Shown one piece after another: positions 19,876 through 29,121 of a stretch of 64,000 bases of DNA; positions within the stretch are counted from its first letter, which is position 1, and the number at the start of each line of letters is the position of its first letter. Origin of the DNA: Candidatus Bathyarchaeum tardum. Lineage in GTDB: Archaea; Thermoproteota; Bathyarchaeia; Bathyarchaeales; Bathyarchaeaceae. The DNA is taken from the NCBI GenBank assembly GCA_024650005.2, contig CP122380.1:2048001-2112000 (forward strand), read 5' to 3'. Made by a program: the position numbers and the translations under genes. Under the pieces are notes generated by a model, which saw only the letters and a program-made list of their open reading frames with translations, was not told where the DNA came from and did not search any database.

Positions 19876-20378
19876 TGGAAGCGATGTGGTTGTCTGAAGT
19901 TAAAGATAAAAAGTTAGTTAATTGTGATGCTTCTAAATGTACGGGTTGTCGTATTTGTGAGTACGCATGTTCGATGAAAAAAGAGAAAACGTACAATCCG
20001 ACCAAGTCACGTATTCGGGTGGTTCGTTTGAATCCTTTTGTTAATTTAGCTGTTTCTTGTCGTTTGTGTGAAGATGCCCCATGTGTGGTTACTTGTCCTC
20101 GTGATGCCCTAAAACAGAACGAAGAAACAGGCGTAATTAAAGTTGATGAAGAAAAATGCAACGGTTGTGGATGGTGTATTGAAGCTTGTGATTATGGTGC
20201 CCTTGAGTTGCATCCAGAAACCAAACAAGTGTTTGTCTGCGACCTGTGTGACGGCGAACCTGAATGCGTGAAATGGTGTCCAGAAGGAGCATTAGAGTTT
20301 ACGTCCAAGGATGATGTTTCAGAAAAGACCCGAATAAAAGCAATAAAGAAGCTGTTCCAGAACGCTTTGAAAACATAG
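19875..20378 (+). CDS. 4Fe-4S dicluster electron-transfer subunit (AOR partner)
   Basis: Multiple CxxCxxCxxxC and CxxC..PC...CP motifs; overlaps the AOR stop codon. Confidence 0.93.
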   Translation: MEAMWLSEVKDKKLVNCDASKCTGCRICEYACSMKKEKTYNPTKSRIRVVRLNPFVNLAVSCRLCEDAPCVVTCPRDALKQNEETGVIKVDEEKCNGCGWCIEACDYGALELHPETKQVFVCDLCDGEPECVKWCPEGALEFTSKDDVSEKTRIKAIKKLFQNALKT

Positions 20379-20383
20379 AATTG

Positions 20384-20887
20384 TTAAGGAAGCAAACTTT
20401 GAAGCAAAGTCGCTAACGTTTCAGCGGTTTCTTTGAGTTCAGGGGTTAATCCTTCTCCAAAGTCGACATTCATTGGTTGAATTATGAGAAGAGCAATTTT
20501 GGCGTTAGCTGTTTTGGTTATGTAATCACAAAAGATTCGCAACGGCAACGTATGGGTTGAAATGGAACTTTTTCGTATGAGTTGCTCAGGGCGAGCGAGC
20601 ATTGCATTTCCGGGTTGTTTGTTTATTATTCCTGCATCTACCAACAATACGTGGGTGGGTTTGAAGGCTACAATTTTTTGCATATAGCTTTCAGGTATGG
20701 TTTCTGCTTCTATCAAGAAAACATGGTCAGATACTTTGGTTTTCAGTTTGCGTACGATTTCTACACCAACAAAATCGTCTTTGCGAAAGGGGTTTCCGAC
20801 TCCAGCGACAACTACTTTGTTAGATCCAGTTAAAAATTCTTTCAATGGCTTTTCAACTGTTTGTTCTTCAGCACCTGACACGGGCAC
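20384..20887 (-). CDS. Hydrogenase maturation protease (HycI-like)
   Basis: GVGNPFRKDDFVG, E.IPE, VDA, STHTLPL. Confidence 0.9.
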   Translation of the reverse strand: MPVSGAEEQTVEKPLKEFLTGSNKVVVAGVGNPFRKDDFVGVEIVRKLKTKVSDHVFLIEAETIPESYMQKIVAFKPTHVLLVDAGIINKQPGNAMLARPEQLIRKSSISTHTLPLRIFCDYITKTANAKIALLIIQPMNVDFGEGLTPELKETAETLATLLQSLLP

Positions 20888-21100
20888 ACAACCTATTCGT
20901 TAAAGAATATACACGACAAATAAAACTTGAGTTGTAGAATTTTTCTGAAAAAATTGTTTTCTCGGATAAAAACAGAACTATTGTTTTGTAAGCCCTATGT
21001 GAAATTTAAGCAGTTAATACAATGGGAAAAAAATAAAAAATTTCGTTAATAGCTTGATGGAATTGATTGTTTTGCATCCCAAAAATTTAAATAAAGAATT

Positions 21101-21427
21101 TTGAAACTAAAAATCATGTCTAAACGTTTTATGCTGTTAATAATTTTCATTAATTTGCTATTAACAGCTGTTTACATTATTTCCAGCGTTCAATTATGGG
21201 AAGAAATGAATAACTGGTATGATTATAACATGCAAAGCACTTGGACTCCATTTTATGTGTATCCACATCGCATCTCAGGTTTGCCAACAGTTATGATGCC
21301 TGTTCCTCCAATGCTTAATTTGCCTTTCATAATTTTTCTTGCTTCCATTATTACAAACTTAGTCTTGCTTTTAGCATATTTTGTAGTTATTCCCTTACTA
21401 CAAAGATGGGCAAACAAAGAAATTTAG
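21101..21427 (+). CDS. Hypothetical two-TM membrane protein
   Basis: Hydrophobic N- and C-terminal helices; NLPFIIF motif. Confidence 0.6.
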   Translation: MKLKIMSKRFMLLIIFINLLLTAVYIISSVQLWEEMNNWYDYNMQSTWTPFYVYPHRISGLPTVMMPVPPMLNLPFIIFLASIITNLVLLLAYFVVIPLLQRWANKEI

Positions 21428-21631
21428 TAAAAATAAAAATGATTGGTAACATAAAAGTGGTATCCGATATTAGTTAATAAAATTTATTTATTGCTTGAAA
21501 TTTTAGAACCTAATCTTTTTTATAACTTCTGTTTTTTTCTGGAAAAAGGTTGTTTTCAACATTGTAGCTTAATAATTTATGAATATGCAGAATTGTTTGT
21601 CCTAAATTTTATGTTGATGCTAGATGTAAAA

Positions 21632-21786
21632 TGGTCGGGAGGGCGGGATTTGAACCTGCGACAATCCGGTGTCTGTACGCTTGATAGGCTAAATGATGCC
21701 TACCATAATGGTAGACGTCTACAGCATCTCCATCAGCCTCGAGTTTAGGCTGGTTCGGAAGCTCTACCAAGCTGAGCTACCTCCCG
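21632..21786 (-). tRNA. tRNA-Tyr (GTA) with two introns (30/31: 21726-21755; 37/38: 21671-21718)
   Basis: C1-G72 and A73; removing both introns gives TCCGG-CT-GTA-GA-CCGGA; BHB/BHL motifs at the junctions; encoded CCA. Confidence 0.9.
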
Positions 21787-21900
21787 ACAGCCTGTTATGA
21801 ACGTGAAAATTACAATTTATGCGTTTCGTTTCAAACCAACAAAAAAGGTTCAACTATAAAAATGGAAAAAATGAAAATTGAAGAAAACTCAGTTCAAGTC

Positions 21901-22059
21901 TTATTTGCTGAGTTCAGTTAATGCTTCGTCTACTGCTGCGATTTCTTTTTTGAGGTCTTCTTTGTATTGTGTGAGTTTGGCTATTTTTTCTTCTTTGGTT
22001 AGGACTTTTCGGGGTCCGTGGTCGTGGCAGTCGCCTCCGCAGCAACAATCTCCGGTCAT
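21901..22059 (-). CDS. Small Cys/His-rich coiled-coil protein (DUF5320-like), 52 aa, not in the ORF track
   Basis: MTGDCCCGGDCHDHGPRKVLTKEEKIAKL...; GGAGGTGA RBS. Confidence 0.8.
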   Translation of the reverse strand: MTGDCCCGGDCHDHGPRKVLTKEEKIAKLTQYKEDLKKEIAAVDEALTELSK

Positions 22060-22090
22060 GTTCTTTGTTCACCTCCGATTTTACATGCAC

Positions 22091-22109
22091 TACTATCCAA
22101 AGGAAAGTA
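22091..22109. promoter_or_regulatory. Palindromic operator, probably bound by the adjacent HxlR protein
   Basis: TACTATCC-AAA-GGAAAGTA inverted repeat (7/8) between the divergent genes. Confidence 0.55.
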
Positions 22110-22165
22110 TTTAAACTATCAAGTTTATAGTAAAATAGTCAGTATCTTTAAAGAAAGCGACTATC

Positions 22166-22570
22166 ATGTGCGAAAACAAGCAACAAACTTGCATCTGCCC
22201 CTTGAAAGGGGTAATCGATTTAATCAGTAAAAAATGGGCACTTTTAATCATCAACGCCTTAGGTAACTGTGGAAAACTCAGATTCAACCAGATAATGGAA
22301 ACATTAGAAGGCATCAGTCCCAAAACTTTGTCTGACACATTAAAGGAACTGCAAGCAGAACAGTTAATCGAACGGAAATCTTTTGCCGAGATACCTCCAC
22401 GAGTTGAGTATTCATTAACCAACGACGGCATCGAGCTCAGAAAATCTATTATACCTCTTTTGGAATGGACTGCAAACAGAAGCGGCTTCAATAAAGAGCG
22501 GTGCAATCAATGCCCGCCAGAAATGCGCACAAGATATAACGCATATGTAGGTGAAAAAGATGGACCGTAA
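22166..22570 (+). CDS. HxlR-family wHTH regulator
   Basis: CP......ISKKWALLI, ISPKTLSDTLKEL, EIPPRVEYSLT. Confidence 0.93.
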   Translation: MCENKQQTCICPLKGVIDLISKKWALLIINALGNCGKLRFNQIMETLEGISPKTLSDTLKELQAEQLIERKSFAEIPPRVEYSLTNDGIELRKSIIPLLEWTANRSGFNKERCNQCPPEMRTRYNAYVGEKDGP

Positions 22571-23657
22571 ACAAATTTATGACGTATTATCAGATTATGA
22601 CCCCCAAAAAGTAAGAATTGGTGTTCTTGGGTCTCACTCTGCGTTAGAGATGGGTCATGGCGCCAAACAGGAAGGATTTGAAACAGTAATTATTTGCCAA
22701 AAAGGGCGAGAAAAAACCTACACAAAGCACTATAAGAACCTGTTTGACCACGTTTTATTGTTAGACAAGTTTTCAGATCTCATTGAAGAAGAAAATCAAA
22801 CTCAACTTCGGGAACTCAACACAATTTTTGTTCCCAATCGTTCGTTTTCAGTTTATACTGGCTATGATAATATTGAACAAAAATTCAAAGTTCCCTTGTT
22901 GGGGAACCGGTTCATGCTCCGAAGCGAAGAGCGAAACGTCCCCAATAACCAGTATGACCTAATCGTAAGATCCGGATTGAATTTGCCAAAAATTTTCAAA
23001 TCACCTGAAGAAATTGACAGACTAGCCATAGTAAAAGTTCCAGAAAAAACAAGAAGCATTGAACGTGCTTTCTTTTACGCTTCTTCTCCAGAAGAATTTA
23101 AACGGCGCTCTGAAGAACGGATAACCAAAGGCATAATCACCCGGGAAGATTTAGAAGAGTCAGTTATCGAAGAATATGTCGTTGGAGCTAAATTCAACGC
23201 TAACTATTTCTATTCCCCAATAACCGACCAAATTGACTTACTAGGGTTTGATCGAAGGATCCAAACAAACCTAGATGGGGTCTTAGACCTGCCCGCTGAT
23301 GAGCAACTGGAAGCCAAACTGCCCACTCAAAACGTGGAAATTGGTCACATGGGCGCTACAATGCGTGAATCTCAGATAGAAAAAATCTTGGATGCAGGGG
23401 AAAAGTTTGTTGAGACCTGTAAAAAAGAATATCCGCCTGGAATTATTGGTTTGTTTGCCTTGCAAGGAGCTATGAACAATAACTTGGAGTTTTACATTTT
23501 TGATGTAAGCCCTCGAATACCTGGTTGTCCATGTGTAGAACCAACTTCTCCTTACATGAAATATAAGTATGGAAAAGAAGTTGGTCCGGGTAGACGAGTA
23601 GCCATGGAAATCAAAACTGCTGTTGCAGAAAATAAGCTTGAGATGATAGTGACTTGA
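22560..23657 (+). CDS. PurP-like ATP-grasp protein (DUF1246/DUF1297)
   Basis: GSHSAL, GAKQEGF, PNRSF, ERAFF, GRRVAMEIK. Confidence 0.9.
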   Translation: MDRKQIYDVLSDYDPQKVRIGVLGSHSALEMGHGAKQEGFETVIICQKGREKTYTKHYKNLFDHVLLLDKFSDLIEEENQTQLRELNTIFVPNRSFSVYTGYDNIEQKFKVPLLGNRFMLRSEERNVPNNQYDLIVRSGLNLPKIFKSPEEIDRLAIVKVPEKTRSIERAFFYASSPEEFKRRSEERITKGIITREDLEESVIEEYVVGAKFNANYFYSPITDQIDLLGFDRRIQTNLDGVLDLPADEQLEAKLPTQNVEIGHMGATMRESQIEKILDAGEKFVETCKKEYPPGIIGLFALQGAMNNNLEFYIFDVSPRIPGCPCVEPTSPYMKYKYGKEVGPGRRVAMEIKTAVAENKLEMIVT

Positions 23658-24739
23658 TTCCCAAAACTCAAATCGATGCCACTTTGGCAGATTATGATCC
23701 AAAAGACATCACCATTGGAACCATTGGTTCTCATTCGGCCCTTAACATATTCAAAGGCGCCAAAGAAGAGGGATTCAAGACAGTTTGTGTCTGTAAAAAA
23801 GAAAACGAAATCATTTACAAGCGGTTTCCTTTAGCTGACCGGATTATTTCCATCGACGATTACAGTGAATTTTTGGATGCACCAGTTCAAGAGAAATTAA
23901 AAGAAGAAAACACAATTTTGATTCCCCACGGTTCGTTTAATGCGTATGTTGGAACAGATCAGATGCTTGACAAGTTAGAAGTTCCTCTGTTTGGTAACAG
24001 GGAACTTTTGTACTGGGAAACTGATCGAGAAAAACAACGAGAATGGCTTCAACGGGCAGGTTTAAGGTTGCCCGCAACTTTTGATAATCCGGAAGATATC
24101 GATAGATTAGTTATCGCCAAGTTTCCAGGAGCGAAAGGTGGAAAAGGCTACTTTTTAGTAGAATCCCCTCAAGTGTTCCATAAGAAAGCTGAAGATATGG
24201 TTAAACGTGGACATCTGAGTAAAGAAGATTTGGAAAGCATTCATTTTCAAGAATATATCATTGGGGTGAACGTGTATCCTCTTTATTTTTATTCGCCATT
24301 GACAGAAGAAGTTGAACTTTTAGGAATGGACAGGCGTTACGAAACCACTGTTGACAGCATTGGAAAAATTCCTGCTCATGAACAACTAGAAATCAACGTT
24401 AATCCCACCTACACGGTAGTAGGCAATTTCCCTATAGTGGCACGTGAATCCCTTCTTCCAGAAATTTTGACCATGGCAGAAAATGTAGTCAAAGTTTCCA
24501 AACAAATTGCGCCTCCCGGACTTATTGGACCCTACTGTTTAGAAACTGTAATCACTGATGACCTTAAAATTTACACTTTTGAGATTTCTGCAAGAATAGT
24601 TGCAGGCAGCAACGTAGGGGTGGGAACTTCACCTTATGCGTATCTGAAATACGGTGAAGGAATGTACATGGGCAGAAGAATTGCAAGGGAAATAAAAAAT
24701 GCGATCACAAAAAATGAGTTAAAAAACGTGGTTTACTGA
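23654..24739 (+). CDS. purP: 5-formaminoimidazole-4-carboxamide ribonucleotide synthetase
   Basis: GSHSAL, PHGSF, GAKGGKGYF, FEISARIVAG, GRRIAREI. Confidence 0.93.
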   Translation: MIPKTQIDATLADYDPKDITIGTIGSHSALNIFKGAKEEGFKTVCVCKKENEIIYKRFPLADRIISIDDYSEFLDAPVQEKLKEENTILIPHGSFNAYVGTDQMLDKLEVPLFGNRELLYWETDREKQREWLQRAGLRLPATFDNPEDIDRLVIAKFPGAKGGKGYFLVESPQVFHKKAEDMVKRGHLSKEDLESIHFQEYIIGVNVYPLYFYSPLTEEVELLGMDRRYETTVDSIGKIPAHEQLEINVNPTYTVVGNFPIVARESLLPEILTMAENVVKVSKQIAPPGLIGPYCLETVITDDLKIYTFEISARIVAGSNVGVGTSPYAYLKYGEGMYMGRRIAREIKNAITKNELKNVVY

Positions 24740-24939
24740 CTTTTCATTGTGTTCATTCTTGTTTTCATTTCGTGTTCAACTACACCACGGTACAGTATCA
24801 AAGGGGCAATCTGATCGTTAGGTGCAGTCATGTCAATTTTGTGTTTAATTTTTTCATCCAAAATTTTCTGATACTCTTTAAGTTCAGCTAAACACATAAC
24901 CTTCAGCCGAGATTTAAGATATTTAATTGGATCATCCAT
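24733..24939 (-). CDS. Small hypothetical protein
   Basis: 68-aa ATG ORF with AGTGA RBS-like element. Confidence 0.55.
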   Translation of the reverse strand: MDDPIKYLKSRLKVMCLAELKEYQKILDEKIKHKIDMTAPNDQIAPLILYRGVVEHEMKTRMNTMKSQ

Positions 24940-25463
24940 TGCTAATCACTTCGTAATTAGCTCTGTTCAACACAGCATATATGGCGTTTACTATATTGAA
25001 TGCAATCACGGGTGCACTGTAAAACTTAAATTTGTATAAAGTAAAGCATTAAGAATTAATGATGCTTTAATAAAATATTTGAGGATGGAACTTGCAGATT
25101 TATTAGATTAAATATTAATATAAGTGAAGAATAGAACAAAAAATTTTCAGAAAAAATAAAACAAAAAAGCCAAAAACGCAACACGGTTTTAATGACGTGA
25201 ATCGCACTGGATATGAGAACCAAAATTTTCTCCAACAAAAACAGCAAATGCTCAACTCAGCCTTTATGACGAATTTGCCGTAAAAACAGCAATTAATTCC
25301 TTTCCTGAAGATAAGAAACAAAGTTAAAAGTAGATTTATTATTAAATTACAAGCAGAAAGTTTTCCAATTGACAATATTGATAGGAAAAAGTTCCTAGAG
25401 ATAATGTTATAAATTTATAGAAAAAACTATTAATGAGAAGGTCGCTTCCGAGGAAATGGTTGG

Positions 25464-26153
25464 ATGCAAGTGGAAATGAAGTTTTCAAATTACATGCTAG
25501 ATGAGCTTCTAGGCCCACTAAATGAGGTTGAAAAAAAACATGCCCCTAAGACACTTTATGTTTCAGGCAAATTACCAATTCCATTACCGGGTCCAAGAGC
25601 AGCAATAATTGGTTCAAGAAAAGCTTCTGAAAAAGGTTTAGAAGCAGCAAGATATATTGCAAAAACCCTTGTAAAAGAAAATGTTTTGATAGTTAGTGGA
25701 CTTGCTGAAGGTATTGATACGTCAGCACACGAAACAGCTGTTGAGGAGGGAGGAAACACAATTGCAGTTCTTGGGACTCCTTTGAACGAGTTTTATCCCC
25801 AAAAAAACACTTCACTTCAAGAATTAATTATGCATAATCATTTAGCAATATCTCAATTCCAAATTGGTTGTCCAATTCAGCGAAAAAATTTTGTTATTAG
25901 AAATCGGTTAATGGCTCTGATTTCGGATGCTTCAATTATTGTTGAGGCAGGAAATAGTAGTGGTTCTTTGCATCAAGGTTGGGAAGCTCTCAGACTGGGG
26001 CGCCCCCTTTTTATTTGGCATTCAATCTTGGAAAATTCTTCAATAACTTGGTCAAGTAAAATGCGTCAATATGGAGCGATGATTCTAAAGGATCCGCAAG
26101 AAGTTATGGAAGTCTTACCAACGAGTAAGAGAGTCCTCAAGGTTTTCTCATGA
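25464..26153 (+). CDS. Stand-alone DprA/Smf Rossmann-fold protein
   Basis: AIIGSR, VSGLAEGID..AH, TIAVLG, F..RNR, IVEA...SGS; no SAM or C-terminal wHTH domain. Confidence 0.9.
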   Translation: MQVEMKFSNYMLDELLGPLNEVEKKHAPKTLYVSGKLPIPLPGPRAAIIGSRKASEKGLEAARYIAKTLVKENVLIVSGLAEGIDTSAHETAVEEGGNTIAVLGTPLNEFYPQKNTSLQELIMHNHLAISQFQIGCPIQRKNFVIRNRLMALISDASIIVEAGNSSGSLHQGWEALRLGRPLFIWHSILENSSITWSSKMRQYGAMILKDPQEVMEVLPTSKRVLKVFS

Positions 26154-26224
26154 CACCTATGCAGCTCACTAATATTGAATTCGGTTCATTTTTGACTTAC
26201 ACACCTAAAGGAACTTCACCATAA
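26150..26224 (+). pseudogene. Truncated 5' fragment of a DprA-coupled gene (24 codons)
   Basis: ATGA overlap with the dprA stop; MTPMQLTNIEFGSFLTYTPKGTSP*. Confidence 0.45.
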
Positions 26225-26346
26225 ACAAGACTAAAATCAAAAATATTGTGATAAATCAGAAAGGTAATATTGTTTTAAATGAGGTCTGCATGTGTTGGTT
26301 TTCTGTTAGGTAATTTCATATATTTTGAGTTCTATTGTTTATTTGA

Positions 26347-26790
26347 TTGACGTTGTCTGATAAAATTGATTGCCCGAAATGTAATTTGGATTTGAAAGCA
26401 AAGTTGGCGTCTGCTGAAGATGATGAAGAGTTTGTTGTTTTGGATATGGAGTCTGTTCAGTGGGAGAAGATGGTTTTAAATTCAGATGGGTTAGTAGTTG
26501 TTGAGTTTTGGCATCAGAGTTGTCCTGCGTGTAAAAAGTTTGCGCCCATTTTTACCAAGGTTGCGTCCGAGTTTGAGGATAAAGTTAGTTTTTTCAAGTT
26601 GGATGTTTTGAAAAATAAGGAAAACATGGCTTTGGCCGTAAAGTATGAAGTTACTAGTACTCCTAGTTTGTTGTTTTTGTGTAAAGGAGAAATCGCCAGT
26701 TTTAAAGAGGAATGGGACGGGTTTGAAAGTGAAAAGGATTTTAAAAATACAATAACTGAGATGTTGCAGGCTTGTTTAAGCATGGTTTAG
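26347..26790 (+). CDS. Thioredoxin-family protein with an extra N-terminal CxxC
   Basis: VVVEFWHQSCPAC, cis-Pro motif STP, N-terminal CPKC. Confidence 0.85.
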   Translation: MTLSDKIDCPKCNLDLKAKLASAEDDEEFVVLDMESVQWEKMVLNSDGLVVVEFWHQSCPACKKFAPIFTKVASEFEDKVSFFKLDVLKNKENMALAVKYEVTSTPSLLFLCKGEIASFKEEWDGFESEKDFKNTITEMLQACLSMV

Positions 26791-26825
26791 TTTTTTAGTT
26801 GGTTTGTGGTGTTTTAGTTAGGGGC

Positions 26826-27287
26826 ATGGTTTTGGTTAAAGTCGGGGAAAAGGCTCCAGTTTTTACTTTGGAGTCCCAAAAAGGGGAACTTGTTTCTCTT
26901 TCGGATTTAATTGGCAAGAAAAATATTGTTTTGTTTTTTTATCCCAAGGATAAAAGTAAAGGTTGTACTCGTCAGGCTTGTGAGTTCAGGGACAAGTATG
27001 CAGTTTTCAAGGACAGGGGCGCAGAGGTTATTGGGATTAGTTCTGATGATGTAGCTTCTCATGAGTCCTTTGCTGATGAGTTTCGTTTGCCCTTTATTTT
27101 GTTAAGCGACACTAAAGGTATCGTGCGTAAATTGTACGGTGTAAGCTCTACTTTTGGTTTAATTCCAGGTCGGGTGACTTTTGTTATTGATAAAAAAGGT
27201 ATAGTGCGTCATGTTTTTTCGTCTCAGTTCAGTCCAAAAAAACATATTAAAGAAGCATTAGAGGCTTTAGAAAAATTCAGTAAGTAG
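26826..27287 (+). CDS. bcp: Peroxiredoxin (BCP/PrxQ)
   Basis: FYPKD.S.GCTRQAC, GISSD, RVTFVID. Confidence 0.93.
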   Translation: MVLVKVGEKAPVFTLESQKGELVSLSDLIGKKNIVLFFYPKDKSKGCTRQACEFRDKYAVFKDRGAEVIGISSDDVASHESFADEFRLPFILLSDTKGIVRKLYGVSSTFGLIPGRVTFVIDKKGIVRHVFSSQFSPKKHIKEALEALEKFSK

Positions 27288-27332
27288 TTTTGAAATTGAT
27301 TGAAATAAAAAAGGGAATAAAAAATGGGTTTG

Positions 27333-27716
27333 TTAGCTTATTTCCTGTTGAAGCAGTCCTATTTCGTTTCCTTCCGGATCTAAAGCAATTGCAAAAGAGC
27401 CAACACCAGAGATTGTTGTTTTTTGTTGGATAATTTTTCCCCCAGATGTTTTGACTTTTTGTATGATTTCATCAACTGATTCTACTGAAATATAGTTAAC
27501 TGGTTTTAATTTCGGGTTTTCTTTAAGAAAAATTCCGCCATTGATTCCCGGCCTAAGAGGCATCCCCTTATCATCAATCGGCACCGTCTGAATAAGCCAA
27601 TAATCCATGGGCATTGGGCTTTTTTCGATTTTCCATCCAAAAATGTTAGAGTAAAATTTTTTTATTTTTTCAACATTTTCAGCTGGAATTTCAAAATGAA
27701 TAACAGTATGATCCAT
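27333..27716 (-). CDS. VOC/glyoxalase family protein
   Basis: HFEIPA, FY..IFGW, GINGG, DPEGN. Confidence 0.92.
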   Translation of the reverse strand: MDHTVIHFEIPAENVEKIKKFYSNIFGWKIEKSPMPMDYWLIQTVPIDDKGMPLRPGINGGIFLKENPKLKPVNYISVESVDEIIQKVKTSGGKIIQQKTTISGVGSFAIALDPEGNEIGLLQQEIS

Positions 27717-27788
27717 GTTTTTCTCTCTTTTCGGTATTTTTTTAGTTAACAATGATAGGTTTGAGTTGAGTGGCCATGTTTGCCGTAA

Positions 27789-28067
27789 CTAGGATTTGCA
27801 AATGTCTGCTTTTTGTTGTTCTTCTATTCCTCTGGTGCAATAATATGCTGTTCTAAAATTCATTTTTGCGTATACCGGACAGGTTCCACATATGCAGCCA
27901 TGTTCGGCTAAGTTCTTGCTTTTTCCATGTGTTGGAAAACAATATGCAATAAAGTCATCATCCTTGCCATAGGCCTTGTATGATGGGCAAGTTTCGCAAA
28001 TACACATGGAATTAACCATTTCTTCTTTCTTTTTCATATCTTCTGGAGATGTTTCTTTAGATTTCAA
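27789..28067 (-). CDS. Cys-rich protein, DUF2769-like
   Basis: CIC..CPSY, YC, GCIC..CPV, YYC..G. Confidence 0.8.
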   Translation of the reverse strand: MKSKETSPEDMKKKEEMVNSMCICETCPSYKAYGKDDDFIAYCFPTHGKSKNLAEHGCICGTCPVYAKMNFRTAYYCTRGIEEQQKADICKS

Positions 28068-28238
28068 AATTTAATCCCCCATATAAAATATCAGAGTTTT
28101 AATATAAGAAGTTGACGCCCCAAAGGATTGAAAGTTAAGCAAAAATTGTAAGTTAGCATATTATTTGTTACAATTGCAAAAATCACGTATCAGGTACGTT
28201 GTTTCAGGGGGTAAAAATGCTAAAAAGGGTACGCCATT

Positions 28239-28736
28239 TTATTGGTGGTCATATTCTGCAAAGGTGTTATTAATTATGTCTAATTCAACGCCCGCTAATT
28301 TGAACAATTCAATGGTATCCTTGTCTGCGTGGTACCGTTTTTCACAAACTACCCGTTTGATGCCTGAATTTATTATCATCATAGCGCATGTTCGGCATGG
28401 AGTCATCTTACAATACAATGTAGAGCCATCCAAAGCTATCCCAAATTTTGCTGCTTGGATAATTGCGTTTTGTTCAGCATGTAAAGTTCGAACACAATGT
28501 TGGGAAACAGTTCCGTTTTCGTTTAAAACCCGTCGCATGTCATGACCCGCATCATCACAATGAGGCAATCCTGCAGGGGCTCCAACATATCCGGTGGTCA
28601 TTATTCGTCTGTGTTTTACGATTACGCATCCTGCTTTTCCGCGGTCGCAGGTCGCACGTTTTGAAACAGCTTCGCATAAATCTAAAAAGTATCTGTCCCA
28701 GTCAGGTCGACTACAGTCCATCCTGTGCAACTCCAT
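28239..28736 (-). CDS. dCMP deaminase family protein
   Basis: RPDWD.YF, RATC, HAEQNA, PCRTC. Confidence 0.93.
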   Translation of the reverse strand: MELHRMDCSRPDWDRYFLDLCEAVSKRATCDRGKAGCVIVKHRRIMTTGYVGAPAGLPHCDDAGHDMRRVLNENGTVSQHCVRTLHAEQNAIIQAAKFGIALDGSTLYCKMTPCRTCAMMIINSGIKRVVCEKRYHADKDTIELFKLAGVELDIINNTFAEYDHQ

Positions 28737-28888
28737 TTTGATTATACACCTGGCAACTAAAATAAAACTGTTTTTAGCGATTTTGTTTAGAAGCCCAGAT
28801 TTGTTTTGTGGGCAAAATAAAAAGAGAAAAGGGCATCAAAGATGATGTCCTTATGATTTTTCATTTTTCTGGCAGCAGCAGGGAAAGT

Positions 28889-29104
28889 TTAGTTTTTGGT
28901 TTTATTGTCAACGTCTGTTTGTTTGCTGATTTTGTCCAAGTGTTCATGTATTGCATGGAGTTGGTTGTTGATTATTACCAGTTCTCGGTTGGCCATTATT
29001 TGGATTAGTTCTTTGGTTTTTATTCCGGTTTTTTTGGATAGTTCGTTTAGTTGGTTGTAGATTATTTTAAGGGATTCCTGGATGGATTCGTTGTTATCGG
29101 TCAT
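28889..29104 (-). CDS. Small hypothetical protein downstream of the fibre gene
   Basis: ATG with GGAG RBS, 17 bp after the fibre stop codon. Confidence 0.6.
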   Translation of the reverse strand: MTDNNESIQESLKIIYNQLNELSKKTGIKTKELIQIMANRELVIINNQLHAIHEHLDKISKQTDVDNKTKN

Positions 29105-29121
29105 TTTTGTTTTTCTCCAGT

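Noticed and set aside
19873-19877. Possible pyrrolysine read-through of the AOR TAG stop
   Set aside because: AOR is already full length and the next gene starts in a different frame through a TAG/GTG overlap
21491-21748. 85-aa ORF, and likewise the 70-aa ORF at 58643-58855 and the 66-aa ORF at 58580-58780
   Set aside because: They overlap tRNA genes and are spurious translations
21730-21753. Possible nested mini-intron inside tRNA-Tyr intron 1 (GCCU/AGGC with a UGA bulge)
   Set aside because: The simpler CAGCCU/AGGCUG hairpin explains the sequence, and the nested form would need an implausibly small loop
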